From: Ramazzottius varieornatus
Lineage: Eukaryota; Animalia; Tardigrada
Direction: 5' to 3'
Assembly (NCBI GenBank): GCA_001949185.1
Contig: BDGG01000011.1
Location: forward strand, 140,123 to 204,122
Length of the DNA stretch: 64,000 bases
Below, in pieces: positions 39,106 to 51,944 of the stretch (position 1 is its first letter; the number at the start of each line of letters is the position of its first letter). Under the pieces are notes generated by a model, which worked only from the letters and a program-made list of their open reading frames with translations, was not told where the DNA came from and did not search any database. A program made the position numbers and the translations under genes.

Positions 39106-39766
39106 GGCAACAAGGCACGAGCAAGGATCACACTCACATGTCAGCTTGATAATTAGCTAATTCTGAACTGTAAAAACACCAATAAAACTACCGCTGCTGC
39201 TGCGATAGTTGAATTAAACAAGACATTATGCATTCTTTCTTGCGCAAGATTTCAGTTGAGATTTTCCGGATAGCCGTCAATATGCCATCCACACCATATA
39301 TTGAAAGCATGAAGGTCGACATCAGGAAGGAATGAATAAGATAGAAGAACAGGGTTCACAACCCTGTACGGAGACAAGCTAAAACAGCTTGTAGGGAAAC
39401 CTGTGCACCGAGAAAATGTCCGTGCTGAATTTCGTGTACCGAAATAAACCCCTTCAATAAGCGATGGACCATCGAAACTTCAAATGAAAAGAAGCGAGAC
39501 TTTTTTTAACAATCATAAAACTGGCATGAAACAGGCAGAAAGAAGTGTTTGCTGCCCTGTAAATTTCGCAGAAGTGCAAGCGCCTGTTGTTGGTCAAAGG
39601 CGCTTATTATCCAATGCAAAGAAGCGGTCAAGACAGACGGCTAAACAAGCCTAGCATTTGTGCCTGACCCACTGACCAGAGCTGAACCGATTGAGCGTAA
39701 AGATCCTCTGGAGGTACAGGGTGGAAGCTGACTGCGCAAGCCTCTCTGTGCCTGTCTCGAAAAGTA

Positions 39767-41554
39767 CTGTATTTCCTAAAGAGTTCTACGCAGTACGTCA
39801 TAGGACCAGTACATATCACAAGGGATGCGTTGATTGTTTGATTTTCCAACACAAACCGTGACAGTGGAAAATTTTGATTAATTCTACTCGCTTTAATCGT
39901 GTGCGTAACGTATATCTGTTCGTCTCGTGTTTTTCTGTTGCATCACGGAAAAGAGGAGCCATCACGATACTCACACCTTGGGTAAGGCTCAGCGGCATCT
40001 GCTAGCTCTAGAAAGATGGGAAGGAAGTCTACGTGGCTACGCAAAAACCGTCGGCATTCATGAATCTACGCTTCGAAGATGGAAGTAAGACACTAAAGTT
40101 TCAAACAAGTTAAATTGATCGACAGTCAAGATGCACGTTGTATTATCCGTTGTCAGGAACGGTCAGTTGCCCGAGAATGTAAAAAAAGCCGGAAGAAAGG
40201 TTTTTTATCCAAGGCTCGAAGAAGAGGTGTACAGTCGATATATGGATCGACTAGAGAAGTACGTGCCGACGCGAAACTTCGATCTTCAAAAGATAGGGCT
40301 CCTTGTAGCGAAGGAAATGAAGATTCCCGAATTCAAAGCTTCGAGAGGTTGGGTTGAGAAGTTCAGAAAAAGATACAGTATCGTCACAAGATCAACGACG
40401 AAGACTGGTCGGAAATTAGAACGAACGGAGGAAGATCTGGTATGATAAAAACATTGTTGCGCGAGACTAATGACATCAACAAAAAAAAATTAATCCGCGT
40501 TTCGTGAAACGTTTATCTCCTATTTATATCGCGACGTCATACGCCTCTTTATGATACCGTACGTGTTTTTCATTACTACGCTTTTTGATTACAGATTTCA
40601 GAAGAGTCGTTTCTTTGGAGAATCGAAGAAGTCGTTTCAATTAGGAGAACACCACCTTTCGAAATAATTAACATGGATCAAACTTCTGTCAGGCTTCGGA
40701 ACGTGTACAAGAAGACGCTCTCTCCCAAAGGTGCAAAAGAAGTTCGGGTGGTCCAACCTCCTGGTGATCCAGAATCCATTACTGTATGCCACACTATATC
40801 TGCCGATGGGACGAAATTCCCAGCCTCCATCGTGTTCAAGGGTAACGCGAAACCTGGAAAGCTGTCCAGCAGAATTTTAAAGAAACTCGTCGTGCCTGAA
40901 AACGTCCGCATTTTCAGTACCAACTCAGGGTGGTGGGATGCTTCGTTTGATTTGCACTGGATCAAAGAAACCTTCGATGATACTCATGCCGGCGGCTGTG
41001 TGGTTCGAGACCGGGCACCTGCACACTGCAAGGTGGAGAGCCATCTCCTTTTTGAAGAAATGAGAATCGAGCAAGTGTTAATTCCTGCCGGACTCACCGG
41101 AACTTATCAACCGCTTGATGTTGGTGTGAACCATCCATTCAAGTGTTATATGCGACGATCGTATCATGCGTGGCGTGACCAGCGCACTGAAATGACCAAG
41201 AAAGGATATTTAAAGAAACCAGGCCGTCAGGATTTTATTGATTTTGCCTCGGAAGCTTGGGAGAAATTTAAAGTGACAACAGTAGGAAATTCTTTTGTGG
41301 GTGCTCAAATTATGCCTGAGCCCTTATGTATGTTAGCAAGCCAGGAAGTCCTGGTTGAAGACTCGGATGACCTGGATTCTGCATTTGAATGTAGCTTCAG
41401 CTCGTTAGAAAGCGAAGGTTGGGAGGAAGAGTGATTTTAGTCCTGATCCATGTAGCCTGATTGTTGATTTTATATGTGCAGATTGTGTGGTCTCAACCCG
41501 GGTGTAATTTACGGAAGACATCACGTGCTGCGTAGGACTCTTGAGGAAATACAG
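39767..41554 (+). mobile_element. Pogo-superfamily transposon (1788 bp), relative of 12920-14678; transposase exons ~39945-40084, 40157-40439, 40595-41434
   Basis: TA|CTGTATTTCCTAAAGAGTTCTACGCAG and the imperfect inverted copy |TA. NMDQT / RDRAPAH / QPLDVG. Same intron positions. The expected start codon reads ACG. Confidence 0.88.
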
Positions 41555-41593
41555 TACCTCAAGTCTGAAGTACGACGCTGAACAGTCGACCTA

Positions 41594-42338
41594 CATCCCG
41601 CCCAAGCCAACTTGATACCATCTGGCATTCTGACGAGTAAAAAAAAATTTCAGAATGCTACATTCCCGTTCGTGCTTCCCGTTTCTCCATACAACTTTTC
41701 AAGCTGCTTCAACCAAGCTATGATTCGTTCAATTATGGTGACAAGCTGATTGAAAAACTTGACTACTATGACTTCCGGTGGGGAAGATGTACCGCCAGGG
41801 GGCAAAACGCAGTCTGCAAAATTCCATGCTTGAGTTCTTACCCTGAAATTGATCTAAATAAACATATAACTATTCTAGTAGCCGAAAAGAATCGGGAAAG
41901 ACCAGCAAAGGTCCAAGCGAACTTGACAAACGATTTAAAACCGTCGAATCTGACCGTTTCGCTGGGAAAACTCGTTTGCGAAAAACTTTCTGACCGTTTT
42001 ACAGAACGCTTGATTTGCGGTTCCAGCCACTTTTCCTTTAGTTCAGTGTTTGTATTAATTGTTTTTGGTAACCGTACCGCGGGATGCCAACGGAAACCTG
42101 AGAAACAATTTTTCGAAAACGGACCCAAAAATGACAAAAGCTGGTGCGTTTTTCACTCAGCACCTCCCCGAGGTTAATGTCGATCTTGACTTCTCGTAAA
42201 CAGATTTTTTGCCAATAATTTTCCGAGAGGCAGCAAAGAGAATGCTAAACCGGGGAAAGTTGATTTCGAAGTGGAAAACTAATCGAGTCGAGCTGGCCTT
42301 GGAGAAATGAGTGGTAGCAAGTTGACTTGGGCGGGCTG
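41594..42338. mobile_element. 745-bp Tc1/mariner-type MITE, TIR related to the adjacent maT element
   Basis: TA|CATCCCGCCCAAGCCAACTTGATACCA ... TGGTAGCAAGTTGACTTGGGCGGGCTG|TA. Confidence 0.8.
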
Positions 42339-42829
42339 TAGTTGCAATCACAATTCCATTCAAAAATCGTGGCCGAAGGAAAAACATATTGAAAATACGT
42401 TTTCGGTAGCAGGGGAATGTCTGAGCTTACCTCTACTTTGAGTTGGTTATGACCATCAACATCTTTCGAGAAATCGGTCCCCAGAGTCGTTTTCTGGGGT
42501 GTTTGTAAAATTTCTCGAACAACAATACAGGTCTCCGCTCAGAAATGAAACGCCAAGTAGCTAAGGTGATTATCTACAACTTTCGTGCTGGATGGCTCCT
42601 CGTGAGACGTTCGAGTCGAGCTAGGGCGATGGAAAACTGAAATCGTGTTTGTGGGTCCACAGCAGCGCAAACCAGCCGTCTGTTTGCGCTGCGCGCGGTC
42701 AGTACACAGACTTTAGCCATATGTCTGCCTTACCCATCGGGCTTCACATTGAAAACGTTGCTGAAACGACCTCAATCATTTAACAACCAGAATGGCCGGA
42801 AACCGACTGGCGCAAAAAACCGGTACAGC

Positions 42830-43392
42830 ACTGGCCAAAAACGATCAGGGTCGCAATCGGAATCTGCGGAACGGTATGTCGAAGCCCTACGTTGTTGACA
42901 GCAATGCAAAAATTACACCGCAGTACATTCATCGACAATGTCCTGTCGTCGATGGTTAAGGAAGACATTCCCCGACTCTACCCCAAATACTCGCAGGAAA
43001 TCACGGTGCATTTTGACAGCGCGAAGTTACACGTGGCGATTCTGACTCGGAACTCGATGGAAGAGAACCATCCGAACTACGTACCGCAAGACCATTGGAT
43101 GGCCAATAGCCCGACTTTGCTCCGCTGGATTATGCCATCAACGGAATTCTGAAAAACGTTTAGGTGAGCGGAAGGTCACTACGATCTAGGGTCTCACCAA
43201 TGCCCTTCAAGAAGTGTGCCCCAACGTTGACCTCGAGTCATCCGTCGATCACTTTCTTCCTGGGAAAGTCGTGTTCAGAAGATGCTGGATAGAAAGGGGG
43301 ATCATGCGGAATTAGATTGAGAATTCTAGTTTCAGTCTAGAATATACAAGAATTTTTCGAAGAGGTGGTAGCAAGTTAGTGCGGGCGCCCTC
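42830..43392 (+). mobile_element. maT-family (DD37D) transposase 3' remnant with right TIR
   Basis: FDSAKLH...WMANSP[frameshift]DFAPLDY gives 37 residues between D2 and D3. TIR GGTGGTAGCAAGTTAGTGCGGGCGCCCTC|TA. Confidence 0.75.
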
Positions 43393-43499
43393 TATTAAAC
43401 TAGTCTTTATTTTAAGCCAATAGTCTTATCTTGAAAATCGAGAAGGCAGCGACGCAAAACAACAAACAAGCGTTACACGGATTTCTCCTTTTTAGCATC

Positions 43500-45890
43500 T
43501 TACACATAAAGAACCTCGTCTAGACCTCTTGTATCTTTCATAGTACTGAGAACCGAATAACAATTGCCGCGAAGGATATCTATCGACAGTCGCTGCTTAA
43601 AAAACTGAAAAGATCTAGATTCTCCAGTTGCTTCTGCCATCTCTCTTCCGACCGCCTCAAACAGCTACATGGCACGGGATTCCCATGGTCCGAGGGTCTC
43701 TAGACCAACAGGGCGGAACTGGAACTGACTTCCGATGTGTCAATGCTTGGTAATCTTTCTCTTTTCGGCGGCATCAGCAGCTGATCCGGCTTTCACAGTT
43801 GACATGGCGAAGTTGATCAGGGCCAAGGTGTCAACTACCGTGACGTCCCAGACGAGCTCCTTACCGTTCTTCCATGGAACTTGCGTCATGCTGTCCGGAC
43901 GTCTCGTTCTTCCTGAAAATTCCTGGAGGTTCAAGGATGGCGGGGATCTGGGTTGATGTCAAGGCACGTTTGAGCGACTCGTTCAGTGCGCTGTGTCGGC
44001 TGTAACGACCGCCACTAAACTTGCTGCTCAAACCGTGTTGACCGTATTCGTCCACGATGGATCCACACCGACACGTATGAGGACGGCATAGCTCGGCACC
44101 CAAACGAATACCAACGCTGACACGGAGGGTGTTGTTGTCGAGGAGGTTGCTCAGCGAGGAGGATGGAAGTGCGTGGAGCCACTAGCCGGAGTTCTTGTCT
44201 GAAACAGCATGTAGTCTCGCTTTTCCGTTATCCGAAGCGGTACTTACTAGGGCCTCATGGATTTCTTTGTTGGCGGCGCAGCTCAAGAACAGGGACCTCC
44301 GCTGTGGTGAGGAGACTCCACTTGAACACAGCGATGTTCGTCAGCTTCAGGCAGGATGTCGAGCACCAGTTAATGTGCGGAATGGATCGATGCCAAGAAG
44401 GCCGGAAGCGCGACCTCTTCCGTACGACAAATGCCTAATCCACCTAAACCGACTGGCAGCGTTGCTTGCCGGCATGGCCCGGAAGTCGTTTCCACGTTGT
44501 GATCTCCGACCGGCTGCCGCGAACCACCTCATTGAACTCCTGTAACACCCACGGAACCTTCCACACGGGGAAACACCGGAGAATGTAGAATAGCTTGGAG
44601 AGGCAGAGACAATTTCTGGGTGGGAACAAGGCCTGGTGGGCAGACAACCAGTTAAGGTTCGAGTGGACCAACTTGATCTTAATTGTCTTTGCTCGGAAGA
44701 CTTCTTCCAGACCCTCCTCCAGAAGCGGCGCACCAAGAAGGTTCAGGTCACTCGTGGAGAGGAACACGATACCAGGACAGACGGTCGCAGCTGCTTCTTG
44801 GCTTGCTTGGCGTTCTTGGGACGATCCACCGAACGCGAACAGCTCGCACTTCGTTGGATTCAGCTCTAGTCCCAACTTCTTCCCTTCTTCGACTGCTACC
44901 TGCAAATCAGAATAGGAGACCAATCTCACCGCCGACAGTGCCGTCGTTGAGGTACCAGACGTCCAGCGGAGACTTAAGGCTCTTGGTAAGGCTTTCCATG
45001 ACAAGGCAGAACAGAAGAGGTCCCAAAGGATCGCCCTGCTGCACTCCTCTCGCGGACTTTAAAGTGTGCTGGCCGAAGAGACACTTCGAGTAGTGCTTGT
45101 ATAACTGCCAGACCAACGAGTAGTAGGCTGGGATGACTTCTTCGACAACGCAAAGGAGAACGTCACGATATATGGTGTTGAAGACGTTGCGGAAGTCAAG
45201 CTTGAGAAGGACTTGGCTTTCGTTTTTCCCCCTTTCCAAAACGCTTTAAACAGGGTGGACTGTTGCCTCAGCTCCACCTTTCGTTCCACATCCCACCTGT
45301 TCTGGATGAACTCTTGCCTCCATGTCGCGACCCACTCTTTTCACGATAATCTTGCCAGCCAGGCGCTGAAGGGTATTCCCTACAGCAATCGGACGAAGAC
45401 CTTCATCTTTCTTCCTCAGCGCCGTGAGCGATGCACCGTACAGCACATCACAGACAGCCTCTGGAATGTTGCCTTGGAGCATCAGCGTGGTCACCTTAGC
45501 TGAAGCTTCTGCCAGCGCCACCGTTGCTCCACTCGAAGGACCGGCCAGCATGTCCTTGAGGTACTGAGGCCTAAGCCCGTCAACACCTCCTGCAGAGCCA
45601 TTCGGAAAACTCTTGACGGGTGCTACCACATCTTCTACCGTCACATTATCCGGAAGTGCCGTCTGGTCTGGAGCATCTGCAAAGGAACTGTCCGGACTTT
45701 CTGGCGGGTGCTTTTCTCGAAGGATACCCAGGACTTCCCGTGTGGGAGATGCTACAGAGTCCTCGGAGGAAAGGACTCGTAGCGCTCCGCTGCGGTCGTC
45801 GATCTTCCCTTTCAACTAGCTTCTTCAGCACCTCATCTTCCGGCTGCTTCTTAGGGGTCTGCTTTTCTACGGGTTAAGCATTCAGCTCTT
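43500..45890 (-). mobile_element. Decayed CRE-like non-LTR retrotransposon (RT, CCHC finger, restriction-like endonuclease)
   Basis: GLRPIAVG, GGAEATVH, LKLDFRNVFN, GVQQGDPLGPLLF, WYLNDGT, GLELNPTKC, CRCG..DEYGQHG..RYSRH and RPD..PWKNGKELVWDVTVVDTLA..EKRK. Many frameshifts. Confidence 0.85.
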
Positions 45891-46395
45891 GGCTAGCAAG
45901 GTTGTGCTTTACAGCGGTGATGAGATTACGCTCCTTGTCGTTCTCTTTGACAGGCTGTTTGAGGCCTGCAAAGCTCAACATCATCAGGTTACGCCAAGAC
46001 AATTCCGACTTCTTTTCGACCGTATCTTCTATCTTTTTCGGTCAAAATGGTCGCTGCTACCATGCGGGCACCCTTCGGGATTCATTAAGATTTTTTTGTG
46101 CAACATTAAGATTTTTATGCGGCAAAAGACAGTTACGGCCTTGGCCCATTCAGACACAGCTCTACCAATGATATGGTTCTTCTTTTTCGTATGGCTCACT
46201 ACGGAGTTTGCAAGCGTTTTCGGTTTTTTGACGTAAAACCTCAGTTCGTCTGGCGCTTGACTTGGCATTTACGACATACACCCATTATCTGAACACGTGT
46301 CGGAACTGGTGAACCTGTACTTTCCAATGACCAATGAAAATTTTCACTTTTCTGCTTGATCGACAAGCTGCGAGCGAGCCGGAGGCGAAGCGAAC

Positions 46396-46527
46396 CAGTG
46401 TTGTTCCGATACGACAGCGGGGCTAATTCGAATCCGGTCACTCATGTTGAATCTGAGGCTACATTGGGCCATATCAGAATTGAATTCTGCATTACGCATC
46501 AAAATACACTGTATCGGAACAACACTG
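46396..46527. mobile_element. 132-bp hAT-type MITE, copy 2
   Basis: TIR CAGTGTTGTTCCGATAC with perfect 8-bp TSD AAGCGAAC. Confidence 0.9.
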
Positions 46528-47184
46528 AAGCGAACAGCTTGCATGGTTATAATATAATACCGGCAAAAAAAGGCCTTTATGAAAACAAACGCAATTGTTG
46601 CTCAATCCTAAGCCAAGATCGCTAAGAAGCTTCAACTTCGGTAAGGGCGCGAGTACGACGTATAGCTCCACTTGTGGAAGCTTTAAACTTCAAAATTCTC
46701 CCGACCTGAAGAGCAACAGAGTCAAACTTCTTCGCTCAGTGGACGAAATTAACATGGGCCGTAAAAACCCCACCGTTATGGCTTTCGGCGCCCGTTGTAG
46801 CGATAGCGAATACCAGCTAGCGAAGCGCAAACGGAAAACACGGTATGGGCGGTCTAGGTTTGGCTGACAGGTTGCTCCGGCACTAGGCCGCTCGGCGTGT
46901 GACGTCACCCATCGCCGTAAAGGTGGGTCACACAGCAATCGTCCACTGAGCGAAGAAGTTTGGCAGAGTGAACACCATAGGTCTTCGCAGACCGACCAAG
47001 GAGTCCCGAAGCACGGTGACCAGGTGGGCCAAAGTAACTGTCGATTAAACTCGCAAAGCTTCTGGCGCGCTGGCGTCCTAAAAGGGCGAACAGTTTTGTG
47101 GAGAATCCATCCGTGACGAAGCCTGGCGGCTATACGACGTGATGCCCTTGAGTATTCTAAACAACCTGATGTCAAAAACGTGTA

Positions 47185-47305
47185 CTGCAGTGCTTCATGA
47201 ATCTCACCCACGTACGTCACAACACGTCTGTACTGTACGCGTCACCTTACCCTCACATGCTATGCGTACTGTGACGTGATGCGAAAGATTCATGAAGCAT
47301 TACAG
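47185..47305. mobile_element. 121-bp TA-flanked MITE
   Basis: TA|CTGCAGTGCTTCATGAATCT ... AGATTCATGAAGCATTACAG|TA. Confidence 0.65.
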
Positions 47306-48606
47306 TACTTTGGAAGCAGAAAAGTGTGTACGAAAACTGGGCCACTGATACCCAATTAGTGACACAGTAGACGGCCGCAATCGGCAAAACAAAACAAGAA
47401 GACAACGTGGGCTGTCAGTGACATTGCATCAGGATCAGGTGGACTCTGTCGTGTTGTCTGCAACCGCAAAGAAACCTTTCACTTGCTCAGAAAGCAAGTA
47501 ACAATCAAGCAGATATTACTGGAAGACGAGCGAAAGTTGCTACTGAGGTATGATAAAAAGGAAATTACCTGAGGATAAGGACAGAATTCCGGTCGGGAGG
47601 ACATTGCTAGGCGGAAACTGACTCGATTCGTTGTAACGGATGGTTTAGTGAGGCGCTGTGCGGTTGAAGTGCGTTGTCCGCTGCTTCTCCTCTTATCCTT
47701 GCAGCTACGTAATAGAGCGTCACTCCGGCACGTGAGGTCGGAGCTTGATCAGAGTCTCCGCTGAAATCGCCATAAGTAGCGAAGACTGAAGGCCTGCGAC
47801 GAACCACGGACAATTTCTAAAGAAAACCGGACAACCCGAATCGTTCAGCCGTAAACGCAGAACAGGCTGAGTGATGGCTGGTCTTACTGACGTCAGAAGA
47901 TCGTACTGTGCGTCACTGTTCGTTTATGGTAACTTCGATGTTACATCTGGATCTAACACTGAAGTCTATTTCTCATGCCTTGATTTTCTGCTGCCGTATG
48001 GTGCTGCCGCACTGCTGCCGTATGGTTCCGCAGTGCTAAACGGTTTTATACTCTGGGAGGCAAGCCGGTGCGCGGAGAAAGGTGTTACTTTGCGAGCGAG
48101 GTGATATTTTACTCACCATACGTCACGAGCTGTGCACAGGCTTCTTAGGCTTGGTAACGCAGGCGTGATGCAGATGAGCAATATTGTACGCTGAGCAAAG
48201 TAGGACCTCGCTCCTCGTTCTGGCTAGATGACATCCATTATCTGGCATTGTAGCCGAACCATACTTTGGGTGGTTATGGACGACGTTCGGTAGACTCCCA
48301 ACTTCTTGGAACTCGTAAAACTGAAGAGGCTCAAAAGGCGTGGTGTACGAAAGTTGCGATTGTTTGTTTACGAAAAGCAAGGGAAAACGCATAAAGTGTC
48401 AAACGAGCAAAACTGAAAACGTTGAAAGGTGGAACCACAAGTATTGTTTGCTGGGTGATGAGATGCCGTAGCGTTCATACAACCCGTTTGCGGACGCAAA
48501 ACGGGTGTTAAAACGCCGGACGAACAGTTGATCTTACGTTTTCGGCGGCGAATATTTTGGGTGTCTCAGCTGAATCTCCTGAAAGAGACTCCAGCGACTA
48601 GGTGAT

Positions 48607-50175
48607 CTATCGATCGAACAGTTCCACAGAAAGAATGGCGAATGTTGCTATCAAGGTGAACGTCTGTAAGTACACGGATACGCTGAATTAGACCATTTGA
48701 TTGTGTCCTGTCCCGCTGAAAATATAACCACTGAAGCTTACCGTCAATACAGTAGCTCTTGTGACATGGAACAGCTCCAAAATCTGGAAAATTAGGGGAG
48801 AGGCGTCGGCTCTTCTGTCCAGGGTGGCAATCAGCTTTTCCATACGACGACCCTGTGAGTAATCTGTGTATAATTGTTGTATTGGAATAGACTTACTACG
48901 GTAATAATTCTCACTTCTACAATACGTCACACGGACGAGCGTCTTAGTCAGGAGAGTGCGGTGAGATCTAAATCTGCTTCAGGCTGCTGCTCTACACCAC
49001 GGCAGGGTGTCGCGTGACAGTGTGATTACGCAAGATGACACAGTCAAGGCTCGGACTTGGGGTTTCGAATCAGTGCGATCTGGATGACGAAATACCTGTT
49101 CGTACACCTTGACCAGTGGTATGCTCGTAAGCAAAATCTGAATGCCTACGAAGCCGGCCTGGCTGAAAAATGACAGCGCAGCCTCGGTATTCACATCGTG
49201 TGGCTTTTTTGACGAGGTAAAGCCGGTCGCTTGCATTACGTAGCCCAACTTAACCGTAACGTCCGACCCATAAGCCACTCCGTATAGCAACATAAAGGCA
49301 TCGTTGAATTTTTCCCAAAAATTACGCACGTCTTCGTAGCACAGTATCAGGTTCTCCATCAGGCTGCACTGCTCGGAAAGGTTTGTCTTGCCTCCGGTGG
49401 TTGTAGTATCTGTGTTCAGACGTTTACTGGTGGATCGTAGGAGATAAACCACTACAACTGCCCACAGACCAGTCATGACAACGACCTGGTCCGATAAAAG
49501 TTGGGATAACATACGGAAGGCTACTCGGAGCCCCACACAGCGCCATGTTGTGTTTAATAGATCATCAGTGGCCACTGGACAGTCGATCTGTGTACCGTTG
49601 GTCAGATCGTTGTTTCTTGCGGTGTGTGTAGCTCTAATGGTAGCAACTATGTTCGAGGCAGAACAAGGTAGCTCTTGCCCTACCGAAATCACGATCGTCA
49701 AGAGCAACGCTAAACGGCCAAGAAATGTCCATTTTTGAATTTGCACAGCTTCAAATAGTTCCCTTCGAAGGAACTCCATGCGCAACAGGCCAGTGACCTG
49801 TGAGGATTTGAAAAACAAGATGGTTAGGACAGCCGGTCCACGCAGACTGACGACAAAATCCGGCAAAGCAGATATTATGTGGCGTATAGTGATCAGTCCT
49901 CGCATTTTCAAGAGGACTTCGAATAAAAATGAATATTCGTAGGCACAGAAACACCACGTGGCTATCACATAACTTACACCAAAGGCAGACGAAAGCCTTT
50001 TGGACAGCAGCAGAGATACCGATTTGTATGATTCCCCAGAAGCCCGATTTTGTTGACCGTCACCAGTTTCGTGATGCTTGAAAGGAGAAAGCATTAAGAA
50101 CTGTAAGGAGAATACTTTGCCCAGTGATATCTTTGCCGATGAATCCATCGCCTTGTGAAGCTTTGTAATAGGCAT
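48607..50175 (-). CDS. Gustatory-receptor-like gene; exon 1 ~50175-49096, exon 2 unresolved, 48852-48742, 48663-48607
   Basis: Open multi-TM exon 1 (KVFSLQFLMLSPF, SLRGPAVL, GLRVAFR, AYGSDV). Final exons of 111 and 57 nt match the intact paralog. No clean 72-nt exon 2 found, so it may be a young pseudogene. Confidence 0.65.
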
Positions 50176-50777
50176 AATACACAGTGAGGTGAGCAGAAAA
50201 ACAGAAGTTCTACAAGAGTTTGGCGGTATGACCGTTTGTGCGTGGACGTTAGACACGTTTCAGTCGAAACGAGTGAAGAAATATTGCAAATGCGCAAATC
50301 AGTAGGAAAACAAGACCTTTAAACTTAGCCAACCGAGAGTTTCGAGTAAAGTTTCGTACCGGATTCTGGTTTCCTCGTCGGGAGAATAAGAACAGGAGCT
50401 GCATACGCAGTAAAGAGTCGAGCACGCTAAAAGCTAATATGTGAGTAAGCTCCCAGTGTTTTCACTGAAATTAAATAAACTTTTGTTTCCGTGTGGTGAA
50501 AATTCCGGTTTAGAAGCACCGCAGCTGCGAGCCCTTACGAAACTTGAAGTGACGTTTTCTGATCGCCAGAACGCAGCAAATAATATGTGTCATTGGCAAC
50601 TACGGAAGCAAGTACTGAGGAAAATTCCTTGAAGGTCAATTATCCGGCGCCCCAAATGCCATTCGGGTGATTCCATAATGCGTGACCTCAACGTGTAACC
50701 TCTACCGCACAGGCAGTTGAAGATGAGTACTCATGGTTACAAAGGATCCCCGTGGTGTCCGGAATAAACTGCTGACT

Positions 50778-51251
50778 ATGGGTCGTCATACTCTTTACTC
50801 CATCTGTTCGAATATGTACCTGGGCCTGTTATTGTGGGCTGCTGGCTGTTATTTCACAGAGGTATCGGCGACTTTTGTTGTCCGTGAGAAACCACCAAAA
50901 AGAAGCCTTCTACAGATCCTTAACAATAATGCACCACTAGCAAACCAGGCCCAACTATTGAATGGACGATATCAGACGTCGCATCAGCTTAACCCGGTCG
51001 GAGACGGACCTGATCCCGTCATCGCTCCTGACCCGATGTTCAACCCGGTCGGAGATGGTCCAGATCCAGTCATTGCTCCGGATCCGATGTTTAATCCAGT
51101 CGGGGAAGGATCTGAGGCATTTATTGCCCCCGATCCTATGTTCAATCCAGTTGGAGACGGACCTGACCCAGTCATAGCCCCTGATCCTGTGCCGAATCCT
51201 GTCGGAGATGGTCCACGCCCAGTCATCGCTTCCGACTATGTACCTGGTTGA
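50778..51251 (+). CDS. Small secreted protein with five 17-aa Pro/Asp/Gly repeats (NPVGDGPDPVIAPDPMF)
   Basis: Signal-like MYLGLLLWAAGCYFTEVSA (ATG 50814; alternative 50778) and a KR site. 51-bp units 1 and 2 differ at 8 synonymous and 0 non-synonymous positions. Confidence 0.8.
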   Translation: MGRHTLYSICSNMYLGLLLWAAGCYFTEVSATFVVREKPPKRSLLQILNNNAPLANQAQLLNGRYQTSHQLNPVGDGPDPVIAPDPMFNPVGDGPDPVIAPDPMFNPVGEGSEAFIAPDPMFNPVGDGPDPVIAPDPVPNPVGDGPRPVIASDYVPG

Positions 51252-51944
51252 ACAAGACTTCGTGAACAATAGATCTTCTGTAATAGTCTGAGCAAAGTCT
51301 TATCTAGTTTGTTTCATGGCCACACAAGAAAAACAAGAACGTTCGGTAAAAGTATAATTTGACGAGACGCGACCATCATACACCACAGTTCGCGCCGCAC
51401 CATCGATTTACTGGTCGAATCGCAGAGTTGAAATAGCAAAGCAATCTTTCAAAGATACAGATGCTTCCGTGAAAACAATTTAATTTTATCTACAAAGGCT
51501 CCGGCGAAAGGATCGACAATTGTTTTTTTCCGCGGAGCCTTCGTTGCTCATACTGGATGCCCACTACAAATGCTGAACCGGAGTGCTCGATCATAAACTT
51601 CGTACCGCAGTGTTAGTTCCGTTCTTCTTTCTGCAGCCATTTCAGTCTTTACGAGTAGTCACCAAAGAATCAGGGTGCGATGGATATCCATTCAGAACTG
51701 ACTTCGCATGCTATAAGGAAATCTTTCTGATACTGTATTGCTTCCCCAGCTTCCTCATCCAGGTAACAGACACATGGCGTAAAGTTTTCTCGTTGTGTCG
51801 TGTGCTTTCCTCCCGAGACAGGTCATTGTAGCGTTAGGTCGAGCGCAGTAGTGTTAGGCATGCTTGTGCGGTCGAAATGGGACTCTAGGGACCAGAATTT
51901 CGTCTTAGCAAGTGTTTTCATAGCATCGGTCTCTCACGACGGTA

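Noticed and set aside
41830-42177. Small protein family (similar ORF at 53937-54194)
   Set aside because: Both ORFs lie in copies of one non-coding MITE and start at TTG.
50991-51240. CRISPR-like or minisatellite array
   Set aside because: There are no spacers, and variation is at third codon positions, so it is a coding repeat.
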